A stretch of 64,000 bases of DNA from Lama guanicoe (taxonomy: Eukaryota). Of the stretch, positions 13,472 through 27,662 are shown in pieces. The translations under genes were made by a program, and so were the position numbers. Each line of letters opens with the position of its first letter. Positions within the stretch are counted from its first letter, which is position 1. The stretch spans positions 4,543,846-4,607,845 of the forward strand of contig MU056737.1 in NCBI GenBank assembly GCA_013239625.1, read 5' to 3'. The notes under the pieces are model-generated. The model had not been told where the DNA came from and did no database searches. It saw only the letters and a program-made list of their open reading frames with translations.

Positions 13472-14558
13472 TCCTATCAAAAAACCCAGATGGAATTGAC
13501 CGGCACAAGCATCGCATGTGGGCAGCAGGGCTGGCTTCACCGGTAAGTGTGAGTCGGAGTCATCTCCCTGCAGACCCTTCCCTGGAAGCTTGGTTTCTCA
13601 AGCTGGCCCAGGCCGGACCCTGCAGGCCCAGCAGCCTCGGGCGCCGCCCTCACGCGGTCTCAGTGTGACTCCCCCGCTCCAGTTCTTTGCCGCATAACCA
13701 AGCAGGCTGTGCAGGATAGAGATTTTCAGTAGCTAAAGCAGGGGAGGAGAGTTCAAATGTCCCCAGATACAGAGCCTTAGGGGGAGGCGCAGCTCCCACT
13801 CACGTGAGGGGCAGGAGGTAACAGCCGGCGGCGGAGGACCGGGGAAGGACGAGTAAAGCGCACCGCGCAGGTCTGGGGGCCGTGAACCCCGAGTTGTCCG
13901 TGTTGTTTAAAATCCTTCTGGTAACTGAAAAATAAAGTCCATGCAAGAACTAGGAAAACAGACAAACACAAGCTCCAACGGAAACGACGTGTCTTTTCAA
14001 AGTGCCGCTGGGGGAGCATCCACGCGGACCTGCTCCTGGCTTCTGCGTGGGGCAGAGGCTGGACGAGCCGGGGGAAGAGCCGGCTCTTGGTAAAGTCGTG
14101 AGTTAAATGGACGCATAAATTAGTTAAGTCTCGATTCTGTGGAGCGTAACTAACTGGAAGTCTCAGTGAGCGTGTTCTTATTACAATTACGAGCTTCGGC
14201 ATTCCATGTCTTCCAGAAGAGTCCAGAACTGCAGGAAAGCACACTGACAAAAGAGCGCTTAAACACGGCGCAATGACGTGCAGGGTCCTTCCTGGAGCTG
14301 GGGAACCACGAGCCCAGCCGCTGGGACGCGCGTCCAGGGAGGGCCGTGCGGGCGGCTGACGCTCTGAAAGGCCCTGGTGCACTAAACACGTGCTCATCAA
14401 GCCTGGCTGTGACCTTCACTGACCTCGACCACAGAAATCTGCAGAAAAGGAAAGTCAGTCTTACGAAGACTTACAACTGAAATCCTGGTAAAAAATAATG
14501 AACACATTCTGTTCCAGAAATATTCTAATGAATAAACTTAAAAAATTAGTAATTTTTT

Positions 14559-14651
14559 GGGGGGGAGGGTAGAGCTAGTGGTAGAGCACATGCTTAGCGT
14601 GCGCAAGGTTCTGGGTTCAATTGCTAGTATGTGCATTAAAAAAAACAAGCA
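14559..14651 (+). mobile_element. tRNA-derived SINE (camelid Vic-1-like) with 9-bp target-site duplication
   Basis: gggggagggtagagctagtggtagagcacatgcttagc...gggttcaatt...a-tail, flanked by agtaatttt at 14548-14556 and 14652-14660. Confidence 0.82.
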
Positions 14652-14664
14652 AGTAATTTTGTCC

Positions 14665-14887
14665 TGGGGCGGGGGGAGGGACGAAGTAGGAGTCTGGGAT
14701 CAGCAGATACACACTACTGTACGTGGAACAGATAAACAACACGGTCCTACTGTGCAGCACAGGGAGCTCTACTCAACACCGTGTAGCGACCTGGAATGGA
14801 AAAGAATGTATATACGTGTAAACGAATTACTTTGCTGTGCAGGAAACTAACACAACATTGTAAATCAACTATACCTCAACTAAAAAT
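14665..14887 (+). mobile_element. LINE-1 3' UTR fragment
   Basis: gggatcagcagatacacactactg...gataaacaacacggtcctactgtgcagcacaggga...aactaacacaacattgtaaatcaactatacctcaactaaaaa is a typical L1 3' terminus. Confidence 0.85.
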
Positions 14888-15406
14888 GTACGTATCATCA
14901 AACCACAAAAGGGAACTCCGTCCTGACCACCTGCTCTTGCCGAACAGGGAGACGCGCATTCTCCCACGTGACTGGCTGGGCACTTACGGGCGACAGTTTC
15001 GGGTGTGCGCAGCTGCGGTGACCGGTCTTCTGCCGGAGGACTGCGAGGAGCCAGGTGGTGACAGTAACGAGGACAGTGGGTCCCCGCCTCCTTTCCAGCT
15101 GCCGTTTTCAAGCAGCTCGAAGAATTTTAAAGGAACAATTTTATGAACCTTATGTCTTAACATCTTAAAAATCAAGGTTCTGCGAACGTCGGTGACACAC
15201 AAAGATGAATCCTTATAAACAACGGGAAGTAATTAAGAGAATTACACCCTGTTCCTATGAATGTACAGCTATTAGTATTCAAATTTAAGGCAGACGAGCT
15301 TGGCTTGCCGTTATGAGGGAAACCTGGGTTCCTCCTCTGACTGGGAGAGAGATTAGGAGCTGCAGTGTTATTTCAGATTCATGCTCATGTTTTGACGGGT
15401 TTCACC

Positions 15407-15960
15407 ATTCACTGATTCATTCATTCATCCACTCACTCACTCATTCACGCAACTACCTTTATTAAATGTATCGTGTGAGCCGGGAATGTTGTCGGTTCTG
15501 AGGACCCAGCAGGGAGCCGGTCAGAGCCTCTGTCCTCACGCGGCTGAATCTCCGTCTGGAGACCAGACCACACACAAGTAGATAAATATGGTTGAGAAAG
15601 ACAACGTCAGACAACCGTAGGGGTGAAAGGACGCAAAACAGCCACGCAGGGGTGGCTGGGGCGGGTGCGGGCTCAGGGAGGGAGGGCCCTCTGAAGAGCT
15701 GATTGCTGAAGGGTGGGAGGGGCTGGGGCGCAGAGGACCACGGAGGCATCACAGGAGGAGCACCTGGGGTGAGTGCTGCCGTGGGGGTGGCCTGGCAGCT
15801 CCAGATCAGAGAGGAGGCCGGGTGGGCCCGGGGGTGAGGTGGGGCGGCCAGGGGAGGAGTCTGGGGATATTTCCAGAGCAACGGGAAACAGCTGGGGTTG
15901 TAAGCAGAGGAGTCACATGATGGTAAAAATGCTCTTAAAAGTTCATGTCGGCCACAGGCT
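15407..15960 (-). mobile_element. LINE-2 3' fragment
   Basis: (ttca)n-like tail ttcattcattcatccactcactcactcattca followed by degenerate L2 3' sequence; right boundary uncertain. Confidence 0.6.
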
Positions 15961-17819
15961 GGGACTGGTCACGCCGGCCGGGCGGTCCCACAGGAGCGCT
16001 CAGTACCTGAGCCGGAACCGCAGTGGGAACAGAACTACCAGGGTTAGGTAGAGAGCACACTGGAGGCTTTAAATCTGTTTAATACAGATTCAGCTCATTT
16101 CCTCGTCCGACTTGTTTTTTCTTACACGCCTAAAGCTCTGCAAACCTTAGCCAGTCATGGTTTAAACTCAGCCCGCACACGACCATGGTGAGGAGAGATC
16201 TGATCTGAGAAACAAGGCCACAGCCCAAATTCACCTGGCGTCAGAAATCCGGGGCACGTGGGAAATGCTCCCTCGGCAGCCCTGACGTTTCTAGCCACCC
16301 TCACACCTTTGTTACGCGGACAAAGTGCTCAGATACGGGACGCACTACTTAGTTTTATCTTAGCCATGCTCCAAGAGCTCACGGAAGACAAGTTTGCCCA
16401 AAGGGCCACAGAAAAGCAACAGCCAGTAGCTCAGCACAAACTGAAAAGGTGAAAGTGGTCAACAGCCAAGCTGGCCCGGACCACGCGGACACACTCACAC
16501 AAGCAAGGCACTGACGGAAATAAAGGGCGTCTCCAAACACAAGCACGGCCACGTGGCGGGCGGGCGGTCGTAGTCCTAGGAGCACATCGCCCCCAAAGGT
16601 CGGAGGCACCGTCTCAGCTCTTTCGGACCACCTGGGTCCCGGGTACTGAATTTCCACAGCAGTCGTGCCTGGCTCCCAGACGACACAAACACGTTCCGTG
16701 AGAGCGTTGCAACCCGGAGTAACCGACGGGGCCAGTGCATTAAGGTACATTCCGACGGAGCCAAGGCGACATCAAGCCTGAGAAGGCCAGAACTCACGGG
16801 GGTGGAGGGCACACTGCACCGTGTGCCACCCCCTGCTCGTGCCCCGCAGCACCACGGGGGAGGGGAGCTCAGAACTTCCGGGAGAACCGCCCAGGGCTCA
16901 GGTCCCGCCTCTTCCACCCACCCGAGCAGGGCTCAGCACGACCTTAAACCCAGGACATGCACGGGACTTGCCACGGGCCCTAAGAGGGACGTCCCTCCCG
17001 GGCCAACCTTCCAGAGCTTCGAAAAATCTGAACGCTGCCTTTCTCCTGCTCCGAGTGACACTGAGCTCTAACCAGATGACGCTATAAACTTGGGATGTTC
17101 ATCTGTGCCTTCGGCTCCGTGGGAAAAACCAAGACAAAGAGACGTGCTTTCAGGCACTCCCAATAACCAACTGGGTCTGGTGCAGAGCCCGGCACATCCC
17201 AGATGGCCAGACGTCGTCTGTGGGATGGACGAGGGGAGCCCGGTCCGGAGTATGTGCCCCGGCTCCGCTGCCTCTGACTCGGCCCCCGCACCGAGGCTGG
17301 AGCTGCCCGCCGGACACATGGGCGTGCGTGACCACCAGCATCACTCTGGAGACCACAGTGGGAGACACTGAGACGCGGCGGCCTCGCCAATGAGATCTTT
17401 TTGGAAAAATGGGTATCAGTGCTTCGTTTTACAGTTCTCTTCAACAGTATTTACTTTTCCACAATCTTAAATCAAATAAACACTGAGAAGGGGGAAAGGC
17501 AGACCTCTGTGCTATCAAACAGACTTTAACCCTTTGTAGAATGTTCTCCTATAGTTTAATCTTTTTCAGCCTCACTTCTTTCCTCTGGCTAGCTGACCGA
17601 CTCTCACCTGCGCCGGCATGTTTGGGAATATTGCACAATCGGTTCCTGGAACACACGAGCAGCTCTGGAGCCTATAAAATATTCATTCACTCTCAAAAAT
17701 ATTTGCACCCTGCTGTCAAACATGGACAAATTCACGTGGAGTATCAGAAAATGGCCATTTTTTAATGGCAAATGCCTCCCTCAAACCTCTCTTTCCACTA
17801 AAACATTTTCCTCAAAATT

Positions 17820-17959
17820 NNNNNNNNNNNNNNNNNNNNNNNNNNNNNNNNNNNNNNNNNNNNNNNNNNNNNNNNNNNNNNNNNNNNNNNNNNNNNNNNN
17901 NNNNNNNNNNNNNNNNNNNNNNNNNNNNNNNNNNNNNNNNNNNNNNNNNNNNNNNNNNN
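17820..17959. other. Assembly gap
   Basis: N run. Confidence 0.99.
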
Positions 17960-20900
17960 AAGGGTAAATTGCATGGAAGTCTGACGCATAAGGCGGCTTT
18001 GATACATCTCGAAATGCAATTTCCATAGCTTCCCTTGGCTATGTACAATTAATTATACAGCTAATAAGGGAAATATGTTAATGAAAGAAACATTATTCAT
18101 CCAGACCACCTGCCTTTACCAAATATCTTTTGTGTGTTTCTCTTCTTTTTGTACTTTTGGTCTATAGACAGTAAAAAGGAAAAAAAACCCCTCACAATTG
18201 ACAATGCAGTGATTTTCAACATCAGTCTGCCAGTCAGCTTCTACTTCAATTAACACAAGTTGAAAGAAAAATTAATTCAACTTTATGACATTTCTACTAA
18301 TTTCTGCCCTTTAAAATTTTAAAATATCTACCCTTGGCATTTTAAACTCCTGAAATAGCTGCTTATCAAACAAAGAATTACTATTAAATTGTCTTATTTC
18401 TACCAGTGACACACCCATCTTCATAGATAAATGGAAAACACTGGAAAACTTAGAAGAAACAGCGAGAAAGATGGAGAGATAAACCCCAATCATTCTAAAT
18501 AAAATCTCCTCACTCATTTCTCATTCGTTTAAAGCCTCTGTGTTTAACAACAATTACATCCTCTCATTTTCTGGAAAAATCAAAGTTTGATTAGACGGTT
18601 TAGTGCAGAAACCAATGTTAACCTTTACAAAGAAAGTTAGTGTGTCTGAGGCCTTAACGTGGAAGAGAAACCAAACAGTTTAACAAGAAGAGTAAGCCGC
18701 CTGCAGAAAGCTACGTTTCTATTTCCTTGTCATGAATACGCAGACCACGTGAAGGGGTGCACTTGCAAACGTTCACCTTACAACAAATTCTTATTAATAT
18801 GAATCAGTACAAGTCTTCACTAATGAGAAAGTAAGAACTTGACTCCAGCCGCAGCGATGCCTCTTTGGCATATGAAAAATACTTCCAACCATGAGTTATT
18901 CAGAAATTCCATTAATGTTCAAAACGCAACAGAAACCAACCTTGGATTCCAGAGTTGACAGGAAAGGAATCAGAGGAAAAAAGAGTCATGACGATGCAGT
19001 TCTAAGACAACCAACCCTGGAAAACGTTCTGATACAGTAACAAATGCTCAGAGGAAACAGAAGCTCCAAGTGTCCCCACCGCCTCTGCCACGGGGGGTGG
19101 GCGCCCAGATGGGGAGTTGTGCGATGCAGAAGTCAACGACACCTTCGCTGGTGTTCAGAGAGTCGGGCAGTGCTGGCTTAAGAGCTTCTTCAAAAGCAGT
19201 TGTGAATAACGTTTCTGTACGTGCACCTGCAGATCCTGCGTGTAGAGGGCCATCCATGCACCCCTCCCCAACTCGACGGCTACCTACAAAACGCAATGGC
19301 CGATTCCAGGGCACGATCATGGGAGCAGACTCTAAGACCCAACGCTTCACTACCACCAACCGACGTGAAACGGCCCAGAGGAGACAATTTTCACTCGAGA
19401 GATGACGACAGCCACTTAACAGGGAAACCTTTCAGGAAGAGGCAGGAGGAGGGAGGGTTGCCTGGCAACACGCAGACTGCATCTCGTGCATCGTAAAGCA
19501 GGAGGGCTTTTCTTAGCAGCAGCCTTTCTTGTTCTGTACCAATGATGTCCTCATTATGATTTTCTGATGAAGTTTTTAGGGAGAATAAAGAATTCTGGAT
19601 GGTGCAGTAAAGGTTACCTAGGCAAGCAACACAGACGTGAATTTTCTCTCCTATACCCAGATGGGAAATGCTGGGTTCTGCATCCATTATTAGAAGATAT
19701 TTGCAGAAGTTCTCGAAGTGCTCATTGGAAGGAGAATGTCTGGTTTTTAATTTCCCAAAACCAACAGGCTTCGCGCTCATGAGCAATAACACAAGAATGG
19801 AGGAACAGACATGGTACCACTGTTGAGAAGGTTCACCCGAGACTCACAAAGCTACCTTCATCTTCTCACCAACTCCACTTGCAAGGAGGGAACGAAGCCT
19901 AGACGTCTCCTCTCTCTCCCCCAACCCTCCAACCAGCACTGAAATAGCTTAAGTTCAGTGAAGAAAAAGGAGGAATGAACAATTCCAGAGGCAGTCACAG
20001 GAGCCACGAGTTGGCCGACGGACGTTCTTTATTCGATCGCTTGGAAGTGAGGAGCTCGAAGCAGAAGAGAGAAGAGTGTTGATCTTTCAAAAGTCATTTT
20101 CACTTTTTAGGGTGAAAAGTTAGAGATAAGACCGTCAAGTGTGTTTTTCAGCTTTTCCTAGTTCAGCTGCCAATCGTGCTGTGCACGGCCCCAACCCCAC
20201 GCCCACGGCGCTCCAGGTTTGACGGGTGAAGAGGGAGGATGATCAGATGTCAGCCTTCCTGCTCTTCTGCTCCAGCACAACCCAGATGCGGAGCCTGGAG
20301 CCCGCGCCTCCAGACGGCTGCCTTCATCACTGCAACACACGTGCCAGCTGGAATTTCTTCATGCCGCCCGCTGTTCGCATTTAGGGTCCACCCACCTGCC
20401 CACCTGCCTGCTGACCGAGGCACCTGTCAGTGCACATCCACAGCTGGCTCCTTTCGGACACGCAGGTGTGCAGGCACTTCCTGAAGCAAGGTGCCCCCTT
20501 GGCCCGTGTCCCGAGAGGGCAGTGTGGGAAGTGGCCTGGGTGAGGTCGCTGATCGCCCTCTTTGACCACAGGCAGCCACCGTGAGGTGTCCTTTGCTACG
20601 CAGAACATGAACGCTCTTAGACGTGACTGTCAGGGTGATGTGAAGTTAACTGGCAGCATCCATCTGCGCTGTGTGTGACCTGCACTGAGTCTCACGTTCC
20701 CAAAGTTGAGAGAGCAGGAGGACCCGAACGGCCTCCCCTACAGGACACCCAGAGCTGCGGGGCGAATGGCACAGCCGCCTCCCACAAAATAACGGCGCAT
20801 CCTCAGGAACCCACATGAAGAGAGGAGTGAAGTGGGGGACACGCGACCTGAAGTCACTCAAGCCTTTGGGGGAGGGGCAGGGCACGGTGACTTCCTGTGC

Positions 20901-23900
20901 CTGAAACCCAGGGTCCTGGCTTCCACTGTCCACCAGGGGCCACAGGGAAACCTGGCATGCAGGAGTGGGGGCTGGATGTGAGACCCCCACACAAACCAGC
21001 ATGTGCAGGGGACCACGCTCTGGGTGGAGGGGCTGCCCGGCCACCAGAAAGCTGCTCTGTCTCCACACGGACTCGAAATGGGAAGACAGCTGGACCCTGG
21101 GCCTCACCTAGGATGAGGCTCGAGTTTACAGTGCCGCCCTCGTTTGGGAGTCTCTGGGTGGGAACTGACATAAAGATGGTAGAGGCTTTATGACAGCCTG
21201 GAGTGGCTGGAAAATCAATCTCGAAACCCGTGTTCTAAGGTCAACACTGCCAGCACAGAGAGAGGAGCCGGTGACCTGAAATGACAGGCCCCCCAGATGG
21301 CAAACACACCCAAGAGCAAGGCATTGATTCACAGGAACCCAGAAAACAGCAGTACTATGTGGAAACAGTCAGCTGCTGCACTCACAGAGGTGCAGGTGTG
21401 GAGGGGGAGCCGCAGTCCAAGGGCAGCACGGCAGGCAGGTGTGAAGGGGGCAGAACGCCGCACACGGCAAAGATGCTCCCGGAGACGACAGGCACAGCGG
21501 ACGCACCGCACAGCAGGCCGGATGCTGCCGAAGAGACACAGGCACGCCGGGCGGCAGGTCTGAGGGCGTCCCCCGGACGCAGGGCAGAGGGGCGGCCCAG
21601 CCGCACGGTGCGGGTGGGCAGCTGTTTCCAGAACTGACAGAAGACAGGGTTTCCCTGACTCAGGAATCACAGGAAGTCTGGAGCAAGTATGTATGTGTGT
21701 GTAAATGTGCGTACAGTAGGGCCACACGCACCAAGACAGGGCGCGAGGACATCCCAGGACAACGAGGCGCAGACGGCAGGAAGGAGCAGCCCCGGGCCTG
21801 CGCCACAGCCTTTCAGCAGCTGCAGCGCTGGCGGCAAGGGAACAGCGTTTGCAAAGTGACGAGAGAAAATCAGCTAGACGCCGATCCTTGTCTAACGTGC
21901 TGCGCAAGTCTGAGGATTAATTAAAGACGTTCTCAGACAAAGGCAGGGAGACCTTCCGACGGAAGGACTGAAAGAAGGGTGTATTTCTGGAAACAGGGAC
22001 GTATTACCCAGAAGAAAGAACCGAGAAGCAAGGAGTGACGGCGAAGGAAAGAAAACCCGGTACGACGAGGGCCGATCTGAACAAGTGCTACCACGAAAGT
22101 CAGGAGTAAAAACGGTTGATTCAAGGGTGTGAAAATAAGGCAAAACTAAAATCCTGGGCACCCACATGCTGCGTGTCAGAGTCACCACAAGTTCGGAGTG
22201 TCTGGGTCTATTTGGGACGCCGGCAGAGACGGTCACTTCAGATCCTGTTCAGCTGTGCCTGGCAAGACCACCTGGACAAGTATGAGGCCGTAACTGCTGT
22301 GGCGTGGCGGGGAGAGGGCCTCGCCCGGCAGGAGTCAGGCGGCGGTGCCGCGCTCCCACGACGGGGCAGGGTCACTGGAGCCCCATGCGAGCCGCACACG
22401 CAGAAGGGCGCCTTTCCCACGCCTCTGACAGTGCGGCCACGGTCGTCTCCTTCCCTCACCTCCGGCACCTCTAACGCCAGCGATGTCTGGACGACACTCG
22501 AGCAAGCCGACAGGCTCTCCGGCAGCGGGCGCCCCCTCCTGACAGCCGCGCTGCCATGCGGGCTCTGTGAGCAGCCGGGTTTCACGGGTGGGGAATCCCA
22601 GGCTGACGGTTCTGGGCTGCCCCAGGTGTCACCCCGGGGGCAGCGCTGGATTGGGGACCGTCTTTCAGCAGAGCCCCATGCTCTTCCCAGCATCTCTGGG
22701 CCCCCTTTCCTTCTGACTCGGGCGAGAAAACATCAGAGGACAGTGGTCGTCACCCGTTCAGTTCCCGCCTGTTTGTGACAAACGTCTCACCTTCTGGTAG
22801 GTGTGCTCAGGTAAGCGAGCAAACGAATCACCAGGCGTCACTTTCTTGTTCAAGAAACCGCAGGGGCCACATCCAGATGGACGCTGTGGGAACTTCTATC
22901 TCTCCCACCAGACGCGCATCCTGGGAGCGGAACCCGCGCTCCTGGAGGGGCTGTGATCTTTCCTGCTGTGCGTTCTGCCCCCGGCCCCCAGCCCCCGGCC
23001 CAGGACTGCTGCTCCACCTCGACCACAGCCGCGCTGGGATACCAACTCCGCCCCTCCCCAGGCTCCCTCCGCCTCCCCGACCCTCACGGGGCTGGAGGCG
23101 TCTCTGAGCAAAAGAACACGAATTGGCACTTGGCTGCGTCTTTCTAGCCATGCACCCCTTTTCACTTCAAATAGGCTGTAAACTTCTCAGGGCAAAACAC
23201 TGACCGTCAACTTCACTCAGGAGATTTTTCCTGGACGCCTGCTATGCCCAAGAGCAGCGCTACTCGCCGCAGGTGACACGGTGAGCAAAGCTGGGCCGTC
23301 CAAGAATGACTGGCGGGACGCCACGGCTTAATGCGATTTCAAAAGCTACATTTTATGTACTGTTAATTTTACACATGAATTTGTACCTGAACAATCAGAA
23401 GGCTCCATCCTGGGCCTGGACTAACCCTGCTGTCACTCTGTTCCCTGAAAGTCTCTCCAGCTGCCAGACCAGGAGGCGCCCAAGGGTCAGGAGAATGCGG
23501 CCTGTTCCGGTGTCTGGTCAGGTCCCGCCGGCCACGGGGACCTCAGGAAACATTTCTCGTTTGTATGTACGAATGGAGACCTTCCAAGCGCTTCGTGGAC
23601 GCCACGTGGCGTTTCCTCCCCTCACAGCTGCAAACTCTCCATCACATTCAGTGTCTGACATTCACGCTCATTCAGCAAATACTAATTGGATGCGTGATTC
23701 TCCTCACTCTAGGAGGTAAGGCATCCTGCATCGTTCTAACATTTCATACAGTAAGTCAAACCACACCCCTACTGAAAACACAGCAGTTCTGCTCCCCTCC
23801 CCACCCCTGGCGGTGAGAGACGGGCAGTGGAAGCCGCCCTCTGCGCCCACTTCAGCACCAAACCATTGTGAGCCACTGGCGTCACAGCTGCAAGGGGAGC

Positions 23901-24449
23901 TGTGTGGTGGGGACGGCCATGTGGGGCGGCAGCCGGGTCACAGCCCCCGCCGAGGGCGCCAGGCACCTAGGAGGGGCTGCAGATCATCTCGGTAGGGAAG
24001 CACCCGGCCCAGGGCCCCAGAGCCTGTGTCCGTGGGCTCGATCCCCTGCCACCTTCTCCCCGAGGGGCGCCCGGCCCCTCCCTCCCATACAGCGCCTGGC
24101 CCAGGGCCCAGCTCCTGGGGGAGAGACTGACCGGCCTGACCCCGTGACTGCCACGTGCACCCCGCCTTCCCCGAGGACGCTCCTGAGATACGCCTTCTCC
24201 CAGGGAAGGGTGGCGGGTGGAGGTCAGCCCCCAGGAAAGTGTGACCTGCACCAGGGAAGTTGAGGTCCACCAGCCTCTGTGCCATCCCAGCCGGCCGTGC
24301 TCGGGGAGTGGGGGCCGCAGAGCAGACGCCCCAGAGTCCCCTCGGCAGTGTGACCCCCGCTCGGCCCCACAGTGCACGCGACCACAGAACATGACGTGGC
24401 CTCCAGCGGCGTCAAGCTACCGAAAACCCCGGCCCAAGCCTTGGTCCTT

Positions 24450-24802
24450 GCCACGGGCTGTGTCCCCCCGTTCACACGTTGGAGTCATGACCCCCCACAC
24501 TTCAGGACGTGGGTGTATTTGGAGACGGGCTTTAGAGAGGGGATCACGGTGAAGTGAGGTATACAGGTGGGCCCTGACCCAGTGCGACTGGCGTCCTTAT
24601 AAGAGGAGGAGATCGGAACGCAGACAACACAGAGGGACGCCCGTGTGAGGACATGGGGGAAGACGGCTGTCTGCACGCCAAGGATGAGGCCTCAGGAGGA
24701 ACCAGCCCTGCTACACCTGCATCTGGGACTTCCAGCCCCCAGGACGGGAGACAATGAGATTCTGTCATTTAAGCCACCCTGTCTGCCTGAGCCAACCAAG
24801 AC
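24450..24802 (+). mobile_element. MaLR solo LTR (MLT1-type)
   Basis: MLT1-like blocks: gtatttggaga, gtgggccctgacccagtgcgactggcgtccttataagagg, gacttccagcccccagga, ttctgtcatttaagccaccc. Confidence 0.78.
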
Positions 24803-25261
24803 CGGTCCCTTGAGGCCCAGAGACCCCACAACAGCCAGGCGCTCCTCCCCCAAGAGCCACTTCCCTGTGACATCACCAGGCAGGTTAGTTTTGGAAGCCG
24901 TAACAACACTCTGCCGTCCCAGAGCACTGGCGCTCAATTCTCACGCACAGGAAACACAGGCTCGGGGCAGTCAGCCGGCCAGCCTTCCAGCCAGGTCACT
25001 CATCCCTGTGGGATGTCCAGAGGGTCCCTGCCTCTCTCACGACGACCGTGGCTGGCTGTCACATGTGGACTGGTCACTGGGCACACAGGACAGACAAGAG
25101 CAGGCTGGTTTCACAATGACACGTTCCGTGAACCCCCGTTGGCGTCCACACCTGCTGACCTGTAACTACGTGCAGAGCTTCCACTCTGGGGTCGTGGCCC
25201 CCCACCCTGAGGGACACTTCTGAAATCACTCTTGGAAGGAACAATAAGTGGCTCCCAAAGC

Positions 25262-25640
25262 TATGAAAAATCACGTGTGGCCAGAGAAATGTAAACTAAA
25301 CTACTCTGAAATAGCACTTCCACTCACCGGTGGAAGGTCAAAGTCGGCCAACACCCAGCTGGGGAGGGTCTGGGGACACGGGTGTCATTTTCTGCAGAGC
25401 TGGTGGGAGTGTCAGGTCGTCCATGTTTTGGCAGGAAGCCTGGCGATACCTCTCAGGATACACACTAAGCACCCTCGATGACCCAGGGTCTTACTTCCAG
25501 AAATTCAGCCTACAGTCATCCTTACGTACGCTGTGACGGAGTGGTGACGTTTGAACACTGGCTCAGTCACCTTGAATCATGTACAATAAACAAACCGCTG
25601 TTCACTAAACAGCAGAATAACACAGACTGTCCAGACGAGC
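25262..25640 (+). mobile_element. Ancient, diverged L1M fragment (ORF2 end / 3' UTR)
   Basis: agagaaatgtaaactaaactactctgaaata, gctggtgggagtgt and tttggcaggaagcctggc resemble degenerate L1 ORF2 3' motifs. Confidence 0.55.
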
Positions 25641-25956
25641 GCGGGCACGCGCTCCGTGGGGCCACCTCCCAGACGCCGCGGCACCGGGAGGCTGTGCACG
25701 GCTCCGGGCAGCGACGCCGGCTCTGCGCGAGGGCCTGGGGTCCCGGACGTCGGAACAGACCGGAAGACACGCTCTCCACCACTACTTCCCACCAGGTCGT
25801 CATGAAAACGTCTCCATTAACACAAACACAAAACACAACCCTCGAACCTGGGCGGCTGGGACTCAAACAACAGGAAAACGCTAAGAAAACCGTAAATTTA
25901 GGCCACTGTAAACTTGCTTTTAGGAAGATGCAGGATTTAAAGCTGGACATCACTCT

Positions 25957-26059
25957 TTTTTATAATTCATTTTTAATGGAGGTCCTGGGGATTGAACCCG
26001 GGACCTCACGCATGCGAGGCAAGTACTCTGCACTGAGCTCTACCCCACCCCCAGCCCCA
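25957..26059 (-). mobile_element. tRNA-derived SINE (camelid Vic-1-like)
   Basis: Reverse complement reads ggggtagagctcagtgcagagtacttgcctcgcatgcgtgaggtcccgggttcaatccccaggacctccattaaaaa. Imperfect TSD ggacatcactct / gggcattactct. Confidence 0.82.
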
Positions 26060-27541
26060 GGGCATTACTCTCAGTTTGGAGATGGGCAGATGAACGCCCT
26101 CCTGTGAGGGTGAAAATGGGGAAGGCGGGGTATAGCCCTGAACTCCAAGGGGGGGCAGAGCAGGGTCCCGATTCTGATTAAACACCTACGGTGCTCCAGG
26201 CACCCGCCGGGCACCGCCACACACTGTCTGGTCTGAGTAACCGGGCCTCCCCGAGCAGTTAGAAGCGGGTGTGGACTCGCTCCATGGCAGCTGTTTCCAG
26301 GCTGGAGAGGCGGTGACTTGGGTGAGAAAGTGCACAGACACAGGAGGCTCTAGAAAAGCCTCCAAGCCTGTGAGACGCCATGACTCAGGTTGGGGCTGAG
26401 CCCAAGGCCAGGGCCGCCGTTGGGAGCTCAGGCTGACTCTACCCGAACTGGACTCTGCTGATGGCCTGGCTCTTAAGTGTGTCCCCGGGTCATCTGAGTG
26501 GGAATTTCTCACCCCTGCCTGCTCCTCTGACCCCGACTCATCTCAGGCCCACCTTCTTGCTCTGGAGACTCAGCGCAGCCCAGGACCTCTGACCTGACAC
26601 CTCTATGTGGTGTGGCCTGGAAGGCTCCCCATGGCCACCCCCAAAGTGCTGTCACCCCACGCCCACCAGGCAGGGAGAGCTGGGGGCTGCGGGCCTCTGC
26701 TTTGATGCGTTTGAGCTGTTTCACTCCCAGGAAGCCTCTGTCTCAGTAGCAGGACGTGGTCAAACAGCAGGAAACCGCTTCCAGCCAGGCAAGAGTGTGC
26801 TGCTCCGAGCATGAACCACAGAGACCAGCACCGCCAGTGGGAGCCACAGCCTCGGAGCTCCATGTCTGAGGATGTGGTTCCCCAGCGGCAGGGAGACCCC
26901 GGCTCAGATGGACTCGAAGCCCCTGCCACCACTGGTGTCAGCGAGCGGGTGCACGGCTGCAGGGAGCCCAGCCCAGGCACCTTCACCACCAGGACAGTGG
27001 CCAGCTGAGCCGCAGACACACGTGCAGGCCACAGAGAGCAGGGCTGGGGAGAGCACGGTGAGGAACTGTGGAGCCGCCCCCTTTTAGAAATACAGGTGCT
27101 GCACTGAAAGATGGAGACACGGGAACCGGGGGCCCCCAACGGAACCTCTGCTTCTGTTCCATTCCTGTGGCTTCCAGGAAGAGGCGTCTGCTTCCTGGTC
27201 AAACAACTGACTCATACCATCAATGGGTATAAAAGTGTAAGTTAAGGAGAGAGAAGACGACCAGAGAGAGAGCTCCCTCAAAGTGCAAGGGTCAAAAAAG
27301 GCTCTTCCTTGTGAGACTCCAGGCGTGCAGAGGCGGCCGCCCGTGGGGAGGCCACGAGTCCTGCGGGCCGGGCTGCGAGGTCGGAGGGGCCCAGCTCCGC
27401 CAGCACGTGGCCAGGTCCACCACGGCCGCCTGGTCCTCACCCTCCGTGGGCCCTCAGCCACCACGTCCCCAAACACTCCCGCTTCCGTCAGCTTCTTCTC
27501 TTCTGGGGCCATGGAAAGCCGTGGGTGTGAGGCTGCGATGT

Positions 27542-27662
27542 TGTGACTTTTCAGGGATTTATCTCACTGCTCTTGGTTTTGTTGCCTTCATCTGTGAAAT
27601 GGGCTAAAACAGTTCCTCCTCCACGGTTTCCTAGGGCAGTGCTGTTACGTAAATGCTCAGCG
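27542..27662 (+). mobile_element. MIR SINE fragment
   Basis: tgtgac...ttcatctgtgaaatgggctaaaacagttcctcctc matches the MIR core. Confidence 0.6.

Noticed and set aside
13319-26059. tRNA genes at 13319, 14559 and 25957
   Set aside because: They have A/B boxes but degenerate stems, A-rich tails and target-site duplications, so they are tRNA-derived SINEs.
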